Positions 62,643-64,000 of a DNA stretch of 64,000 bases are shown in pieces. The position numbers were made by a program, and so were the translations under genes. Under the pieces are notes generated by a model. It saw only the letters and a list, made by a program, of their open reading frames with translations, searched no databases and was not told the origin of the DNA. This DNA comes from Lama glama (lineage: Eukaryota). The stretch is from positions 69,070,001-69,134,000 of the forward strand of contig CM052816.1 of the NCBI GenBank assembly GCA_028534125.1, given 5' to 3'. Positions within the stretch are counted from its first letter, which is position 1, and each line of letters starts with the position of its first letter.

Positions 62643-64000
62643 CACGTGATTGTTTCTTGTGGACCAGATGTGGATCCAGACAGCAACCTGGTATGGGGTC
62701 ATCTTGTTCAAGTCTGTGGGCTAGAGAGGCACAGAGACCTAAGACCTGAGTGGAGAGAAACTGGATTTCTAGGGGGTGAGGTAAAAAGGAAGTGACCATT
62801 CAGAAAAGAGTTACATTTGCCCTACCAAATAATTTCAGATGAGAAATTTCCAAAATCTCGGAAGAACCATGTGAAATTGTGAGAGCTTGTGAGAAAAGTC
62901 AACATTAAACATGTAAAAAACAAAATCATAAATTCTAAACTGTATGACAGTATCAGGTAAGTAGAAAATTTTCTGCTCTCCTGACCTACTCACCCTTACT
63001 GTGCTTTAACTCTGGAGGGGTTGAAACTGTGAGTAGCCAGAGAAGGGACAGATATGAGAGAAGAGACACTTTTTCTCCTTGACTTCAGACCCAAACCATA
63101 GGAAGGGGAGAAGACTCAACTTAAAAGCAGATTTGAAATTTTGACTATTACTTAAGGCTAGACATTTTAATGCTAATCTGAAAGTTTGATTTATGACTTG
63201 AAGTGACCCTATAACTTTGCATATTATTCAAGAGTGACCAGAAAATTCTTGAGGACTTCCCTTACCCTGACAGAAAACTCAGCAGACAAATGACACTACA
63301 GAGCTGGTTGAAAGGGACAATGGAAGACAAAAATGAAGTTGTTTTCTGCTGACACTCTATGTACTGCTTGATCAATATAACATTTGCATAAGAATAATAC
63401 ATTTCCACTTCAGCTACAGGGTTGATTGCCAGATGCTGTTAAGTTTTATTCCAAATTTGATTTCACTACAATAATGCCTTATCTATATTCTACTTCCTAC
63501 AAGGGGCTTTGTCTGACCACTCCAGTTAGATGATCTCAATCACTATAATGGATATATGTTCTCCTTTCTGGCCACTGAGCATTGAAACCACCTTCCTACA
63601 TCTGGGAAATCTCACATTTCAAGAAGCAGAGCTCCCCTCCAGGGATAGAAGCTGAAATGTCAGGGACTCAAGTTCCAGGCTCTGTGCAGTGGATATACAA
63701 GGATATCCAGCAATGGGAGGAAGCAGGGGCTGTCTAGACTCCATTCTGGTACCAGATGGTGGTAGCAGAAGCAACACCCAGTTCCTAGAGGCAGGAATGA
63801 CAGAGAAGGGGCCCTGGTGTTGTGGTGTGGGTGTGGAGCCTGCAGCGTCTGTGCCCAGTGGGCGCTGTGGAGTTCTGCTGCGTGGGCTTGGCAACAGTTC
63901 CTGGCTCTGTAGCCACCACACTTGGTTCTCTGGTGCTCTTGGAGATTCAATGAGCTCCTCAGTCATCTTCTTTTTTTCCTGAAGTAATTATAGATTTACA

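Noticed and set aside
63619..63982. Overlapping ~100-aa ORFs at the window end
   Set aside because: GC-richer, repeat-like sequence with no recognisable protein motif or convincing splice context.

Overview
Mammalian genomic DNA; the tRNA-derived SINEs look like the camelid Vic-1 type, so probably Camelus or Vicugna (inference). The window holds the 3' part of one + strand gene, a CSPG4/NG2 paralogue best identified as CSPG4B. I reconstructed eight coding exons by hand: <1-2172, 3569-4039, 7578-7754, 22664-22862, 26398-26529, 34770-34942, 49153-49336 and 50163-52213. All introns are GT-AG with matching phases, giving one uninterrupted 5559-nt partial CDS (1852 aa plus stop). It encodes CSPG repeats, an S/T/P-rich stalk, one TM helix and a tail ending in the PDZ ligand QYWV. 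The 5' exons lie upstream of the window. Introns and the 3' flank are mostly transposon relics (L1, L2, MIR, SINEs, MLT/ERV LTRs, hAT and Tigger MITEs), and there are two N gaps. The most notable observations are four: (1) an intact ORF for a gene annotated as a pseudogene in human, with apparent loss of NG2's GAG and phosphorylation sites; (2) a near-perfect, CpG-intact 7SL RNA copy with a target-site-duplication remnant across a 100-N gap; (3) an antisense solo LTR with clustered CCAAT and octamer motifs; (4) a 114-nt purine-only tract with G4 potential. I found no convincing evidence of a wholly new biological system. Most short ORFs in the track are noise.
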